Source: Amoebophrya sp. A120 | Taxonomy: Eukaryota > Protista > Dinoflagellata | Length of the DNA stretch: 64,000 nt | Reading direction: 5' to 3' | NCBI GenBank assembly: GCA_905178155.1 | Contig: CAJINV010000005.1 | Span: 5,458,690 to 5,522,689, forward strand | Shown here: piece by piece, positions 58,706 to 64,000 of the stretch | How positions within the stretch are numbered: the stretch's first letter is position 1 | Layout of the letters: each line of letters opens with the position of its first letter | Program-made: the position numbers and the translations under genes | The notes under the pieces: generated by a model | Told to the model about the DNA's origin: nothing | Seen by the model: only the letters and a program-made list of their open reading frames with translations | Database searches by the model: none

Positions 58706-61700
58706 ATGTCAGTGGGTGTGAAGAATCCAGTTGAACTGTTTGGACTGCAAGAAACAGCAGCACCTCCAGACGAGCAGAGCCAGAATGCATCAGCAGATCA
58801 TGATCATGTAGATGGAGCTCTTGGTGCAGCAGCAGCAGCTGCGCAGCGACACGGACAGCAGCAAGGTGAGCCGCCTTCTCAACGCCTGAACGACGTGAGC
58901 AAAAAGCTCTTCCTCAACAGTGACCAGCAGGGCTCCAAAATGAATTTCGAAACCACACCGGACGAGCTGCAAAAGCTGCAGGAGGGCCGGAAATCTTTCC
59001 TCATGCATTCTTACGCGCGGGTCATGCGCGCGTTTTGGGACGATTTGGGACTGAATGCCGCGGACAGAGTACCGTCGTGAGAAAAAAATGTTTCACTGTC
59101 AGGAGTTTGCAAGTTTTGCATTCTTTTTACAAGTTTGCTACACGAGGGCATGTTGACTTTGAGAAAGAAAACTTGCCACGCGTAAGTACTTTGTCACGGA
59201 ATACTTAAAACACGTTGATAAACCCAATGCCTTGCATGTGTAGCAAGAAGACAAATGTGTCTGTGTAGTTGCATAATTCTTTGCTGCGTCACAGGTTTAT
59301 TACAGTGAAACAGTTTTTTCTTGCGATACCGAGCGCCTATGGTTCATGCGGAGATGTGGTTCAGGGAGCTGAATTTGCTCAGAACTGACGTTTTGAAATA
59401 TCTAGGACTGAGCGCAGGCATCGGTCTCAAAGCGGCCGCGTCTCCAACTACAAATCAAGGAGGCAACGCTGGTACCGGAAGCACCACTATCCCGAATGCG
59501 GGCTCTAGCGGTTCATCTGGAACTGATCCAACTAGAAGCGGAGCTTCAGCGTCCGTGCCGCCGCAGCCTACAAGTGTTGTACAAACGCCGTCTGCCCCGT
59601 CTGTGGTAAATGCGAAGCCGAAGCCGCCGCCAGCGGGGTTCGAAGGAGCAATGGAGCAGCCTCCTGGTTCGTTCGCGGCACAGCTAACTGCAACGACCAG
59701 CAAGGCCAAGGCGAAAGCGGGTGGGAAAAATGCCGCGAGGACTGGTGCTCCTGTAGAGGACAAAAAACAAGCAGGTACTAAGCATCCGCCCCTGATGAAA
59801 GCAACGCCAAAGCTAATCCCTCCGAGGGTAAAAAACAGCCAGCAAAAACAAGATTCGGAGCAGGCAGCCCCTGCTGGCAGCAGCACGCCGGCGAAAGGCA
59901 CTAGTACCCCAAAGGCGGGCGGGGCTCCTACAGGAGCTGCAGCAGCACCAACTTCTACACCAGCTCCGCAACTTCAACTGCCGCGGGAAGCGGCGAAGTT
60001 GCTCACCTCGATGATTTCGAAAGAGCAGTTTGAGAAAATCGGCATGGCGGATCTGATATCAAATGCAAAAATGTCTGGGTCTGGAGACTTGTGGTGCTGG
60101 GTGACGTATCATGGGAAGGCCACAAGTGCTGGCTCAGCATGACAAGTTTCTGAGCTTCTAGGTGTTGCCTACTCTGCATGACAGACTGCGTCTCTGCATG
60201 ACAGAAAGTTGGGCTCTTGGGTAACGTGCATGACAGATTTAAGAGTCATGCCAGACAAGCACGACAAACATGCACTCTTCTAGACCCAGACACTTTTGCA
60301 TTTCATATCGGAAAAAAGAGTTTGTGATACAAAGGTTGAAGTTTTTGAAGCAAGTGGATGAGTACAGAGGTCAGCTGACGATTATGCAAGGAAAAAACTG
60401 TGTAAGTGTATCTTTGTCTTGCAGACGTTGCAATTATACAGTTACACTTGTCATGCTGGATATGCATCAGAGGCTATTTATTTCCTGCTACGTGTTTTCG
60501 TGTACTAGCTACGCATGGCAGGTTTTCTCTGTCATGCAAAACAAATCTGTGATGCTGTTCCTGCAAAAAAGTTACACGTACACACTTTTTTCTTGGATAA
60601 CGATGCGGAAGGAAGAGAAAAAAATTATAACCAGTGCAGATACAACTGCAAAGGCGAAAGGAAAGGCAACAGCTGGCGTGATTCCAAGTCCAACCAGCAC
60701 GGCCGGCAATACTACAAGTGGAGCGCCGTCCACTTCAACATCTGCAAGAAATACCCGTCCCTTCCTGACCGCGTTTCAGTATCCTGAGTAAAAACGTACC
60801 CACACCAGAGTCAGGATGGGGATTTTGCAACACAAGCCTAGGAGTTTTGTGAGTCACGCATGACAAGTTGCACTCTGCAGTGTAGTGCAGATTAGCAAGT
60901 GCAGCCGCGTCACAGATTCATCTGCTCATCCTGTTCACAGCATCACAAATTCCAAAACACGATTGGAAATGGCTCTCATGCGGATGCGCATTACAAGTCT
61001 TCCTGTCTTTGCAAATCTGCATTACAACTCTGGCGTGCTGGGTACGTTTCTACTCAGGATATTCAGCTGCCGGACCTCACGCGGGAAGAACAGGTTCTTG
61101 ACGAGAAGCGAAGCCAGGAGGTGCTGGAGCATTTTTTCTTTGGATATCCACAGTAAATTTCCCGTACACGTACAGATGCGGTCTCTGCATGACAAAACTT
61201 GGCTTCGATCCTAGTTTAGCATGACAAGTTATTTTACGCTCCAAATTGGTGAAATTTGTGATGCATTTTGTACATGTTGTGCGGGAAATTTGTGTTGCAT
61301 ATTGGAAAAATGGACAACGGGGTCTACGTGTGGTACGATAATGACGGCGGGAACAACATTTTCAAACCGGTGCTGAAAAAACTCATTCGGGGCGGGAAGG
61401 TGGATGAACAGGCGAGCAGTAGTGCTCCGCCTGCTCCTGTTGTTCCTGCAGTGTCTTCACATGGTAGTGCAAGAACTGGTGACGTAGAGATGGTGCAAAC
61501 GGCAACGTCGACCTCCGCGGCCTCTAGTGCGGCCACCGGAGCAGGTGGCGCAGCAGCAGCGCCGCTGCCTGCTATGCCAGCAAGTAGAACATCAGCTGCG
61601 CTTCGAGGTGGTGGTGGAGCAGGAGACGATGGAGCTCCTTTTTTTGTCCCGAACAACACAAAACTCATCGACTCGCTCGGCCTAGAACAGCCCCGGAAGC

Positions 61701-62904
61701 AGCTTTCTCATCTGGACCACACTAACAGCGGAAATACCCTCGTCGCGCCCTTGGCGGCCGTGGCGGCGCAACAGGAACAACAACGGCAGCGGTTATTAGA
61801 ACGAGGAGAGCACCTACAAGGGCACTTTCAGTTTGCTCAGGCTTCTCCTGAGCAGCGGCCGCCAATGGCGACCACAGGAGATGCAGCAAGTGCAGGTGGC
61901 GGGGCGCCACCAGGAACATCCGCAGCTTCACCCACTTCTAGCGGGCCACCTACATCGTCGTCCGCAAGAATTACCAGCATTGGTGGTAACTTTTCGTTTC
62001 TGTCGTCTTCCCGCGCCGGAAAAAATAGTACTGGAAACATCTTATCAGAGGAAAAAAGTGTTACAGTTACGCATTTGTTAGAGTGTCTGCATCACAAGTC
62101 TTGTCTGTGTGGCAGAGAAAACTTGTAATGCAAAGTTCATAAGGCTAAGGGAAAATACGAGGCGCGCAAGCATTTCCTGCATGACAAAGGTTGTCTGTCT
62201 TGCTCTTGCGGTTCCTGCAACACAATGTGTGTGACACGACTTTTTTCTTGCGATACAGTTCTAACATTTCCTACTCCGAGCACCAGCAGCCTGGAGTGAC
62301 GAAAACAGTGTTTCAGTTTGGCGGGAACACTTCTCGCAACCCGACCCAAGCAGCGGTTTCATCTGATGAACAAGGTGTTTCGATTTCTGATACGGAAACA
62401 AGGGACATACAAGGCAAGGGGAAAGGTGGCGGAGCGTATGCTCCGGCCGCCGCCGCCACTGCGGCTTCTAGTGGAGCTTCCTCAGATAAAAAGATGATGC
62501 CAACACTGGTTCTACCGCCGCCTGTGGTAGTCGATATTGAAGATGCGGAGAGAACAACTACTCCTGTCCTTCGTCATCAAGACCACGCCGCTCCTGGTGC
62601 TACAAGTAGAACACCAGCACATGATGTTGACCATGCCGAAATCGCGGTTCCCGAAGATGAAGGTGACGATAATACTTCCGCAGCTTCAACGCAAGACGCA
62701 GATGGGGTCGCTGGAGGACAAGAAAGTCATGTTGAAACTCGTCCTCTAGAGCAAGAAAATGTTGAAGACAAAGAACAGGTGGACATTTATGATGTCTACC
62801 GCCACCGCCTACTATTCCTGCGAGACATTGCGACGCAGCGGGGCGATATGACCCGGGAAACACCCGGATCTGAAAATTGGCAGCGGAAAGTGGCACATGT
62901 ATGA
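58706..62904 (+). CDS. Multi-exon Ala/Pro/Thr-rich hypothetical protein with six introners (possibly the 3' part of the previous gene)
   Basis: Exon ORFs 58706-59069, 59329-60056, 60600-60779, 61302-62042 and 62256-62904, bounded by introners. Confidence 0.65.
59070..59328. mobile_element. Introner family A
   Basis: TIR AGAAAAAA.TGTTTCACTGT / ACAGTGAAACAGTTTTTTCTTGCGATA; DR CAGAG/CCGAG. Confidence 0.82.
60057..60307. mobile_element. Introner family E (inverted close relative of 38783 and 18235)
   Basis: TIR AAATGCAAAA.TGTCTGGGTCT; DR TCTGA/TCGGA. Confidence 0.9.
60383..60599. mobile_element. Introner family F
   Basis: TIR AAAAAA.TGTGTA.GTGTA; DR ACGAT. Confidence 0.9.
60780..61061. mobile_element. 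Introner family D (inverted close relative of 25384)
   Basis: TIR TATCCTGAGTA.AAACGTACCCA; DR TTCAG. Confidence 0.92.
61145..61301. mobile_element. Introner family J
   Basis: TIR AAATTTCCCG / CGGGAAATTT; DR TTGGA. Confidence 0.9.
62043..62255. mobile_element. Introner, A-like
   Basis: TATCAGAGGAAAAAAGT / ACTTTTTTCTTGCGATA; DR CATCT/CAGTT. Confidence 0.75.
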
Positions 62905-63191
62905 TTTTTTTCTAGTAAAGTTCTTCAAGTTGGTTCTTGATACTGAAGTGGTGACGCGGCAACTGATGGGAGAAGTAGACATGCAGCTGTAGAAGTAGAA
63001 GTACCTTAAACTGAGCATCATATTAAGCACCTTCGGCATATTCCGCTCCTGTTTCTGCGCAATGTTCTATCGTTGATCTTCTTCAACTTCATCTAAAAAG
63101 TTAAAGTTCATAAACCAAACAGGCCGTTTTCAACGGAAACAGTGAAGAGCTAGCTGGCACGCGACAACCCGGCTGGCTTCTCTCAGCACAC

Positions 63192-63455
63192 TATCAACTG
63201 CAAATACGTCTGGGTCTGGAAGAGTGTAACTTTGTCATGCTTGTCTCGCATGCCCCTTAAATCTGTATTGCAGGAGCAGGAAAGGAGCCTATTGCCGGTC
63301 ATGCAAGATACATGCAGCTTGCCATGCGGAAAGGGAAACACACAGAAGCGCAAAAACTTGTCATGCGTAGCTGCATATAGCAGTGCGCCCACCTCCAGTC
63401 ACAAGGTAGCATCACACGTTTATTCCAGACGACCCAGACATATTTGCATTGGATA
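63192..63455. mobile_element. Introner family E
   Basis: TIR TGCAAATA.GTCTGGGTC; DR CACAC/CACAA. Confidence 0.88.
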
Positions 63456-63488
63456 CACAACCGGAGGACGCGAATCGGTATCGAGGAG

Positions 63489-63633
63489 TATCCTGTGCAA
63501 AAGTATCGTACTCGTATTGCAGTCATGCATTACAAATGTTTTTCTCAAGGTAAATCCGCATTACAAATTTCATTTCTCATGCTGAGGAAATTTGTCATGC
63601 ATTTATACGAGTACGATACTTGTGCAGTTCATA
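63489..63633. mobile_element. Introner family C
   Basis: TIR AAGTATCGTACTCGTAT; DR AGGAG. Confidence 0.92.
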
Positions 63634-63689
63634 AGGAGCCAGGTTCTACTACTCCCAGACAGAGCGAGCGGACGCGGTTCCAGGTGGAA

Positions 63690-64000
63690 TATGAACTGCA
63701 AAAGTATCGTACTCGTATAAATGCATGACGTGGCCTAGGTACGCACATACGACTCGGTACGCCAAATCGTATGTGGGGCGTTACAATTTTCGCGCTTTTT
63801 TCATCGAGAAAACCCGCCAAAAAGCAGCACCGAGCCCGGTGCGGTTTGTAACGTATGGCAGCACCGAGCCCGCCAAAGTATGTCTTTTTGCCCACCTACA
63901 AAATTCGTATGGTAGCGGCGCGCCTTCACAATACATTTTGGCGCACCGAGGCGGCGCGCAAAAACTTCGCTGGGAAGCGCCCGCCTTTGAAACATTATGC
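63690..64000. mobile_element. Family C introner left end followed by unrelated sequence (runs off the window)
   Basis: TATGAACTGCAAAAGTATCGTACTCGTATAAATGCATGAC, then sequence unlike the C body. Confidence 0.65.

Noticed and set aside
139-64000. Ciliate-type TA-bounded IESs as the primary interpretation
   Set aside because: Frames are restored by removing both TAs plus one 5-bp DR, not by leaving a single TA. DNA-level excision cannot be fully excluded without data.

Overview
Eukaryotic protist DNA. The architecture closely resembles the parasitic dinoflagellate Amoebophrya, though this is inferred from structure only. About 86 short elements (109-450 bp, plus a few of ~0.9-1.1 kb) from ~12 sequence families dominate the window. 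Each begins TA(T) and ends (A)TA, carries terminal inverted repeats (TIRs) and is usually flanked by a 5-bp direct repeat (DR). Most interrupt long, co-oriented (+ strand), low-complexity genes. Removing an element plus one DR restores the reading frame at the consecutive junctions I checked, so they behave as non-GT-AG transposon-derived introns (introners). Features that look less well described: a shared internal motif (GCATNACAA) in 31-32-bp-spaced pairs across unrelated families, orientation-independent removal, interchangeable terminal caps, and composite copies carrying ~0.8-0.9 kb of nested cargo (one Helitron-like; another cargo present in two copies). A central zone (~22.6-35.3 kb) is nearly free of elements and holds orphan ORFs, segmental duplications and palindromic arrays. 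I recognised no transposase, RNA gene, CRISPR array or nameable gene. Family letters A-M are my own labels. Coordinates were read by eye and may be off by a few bases.
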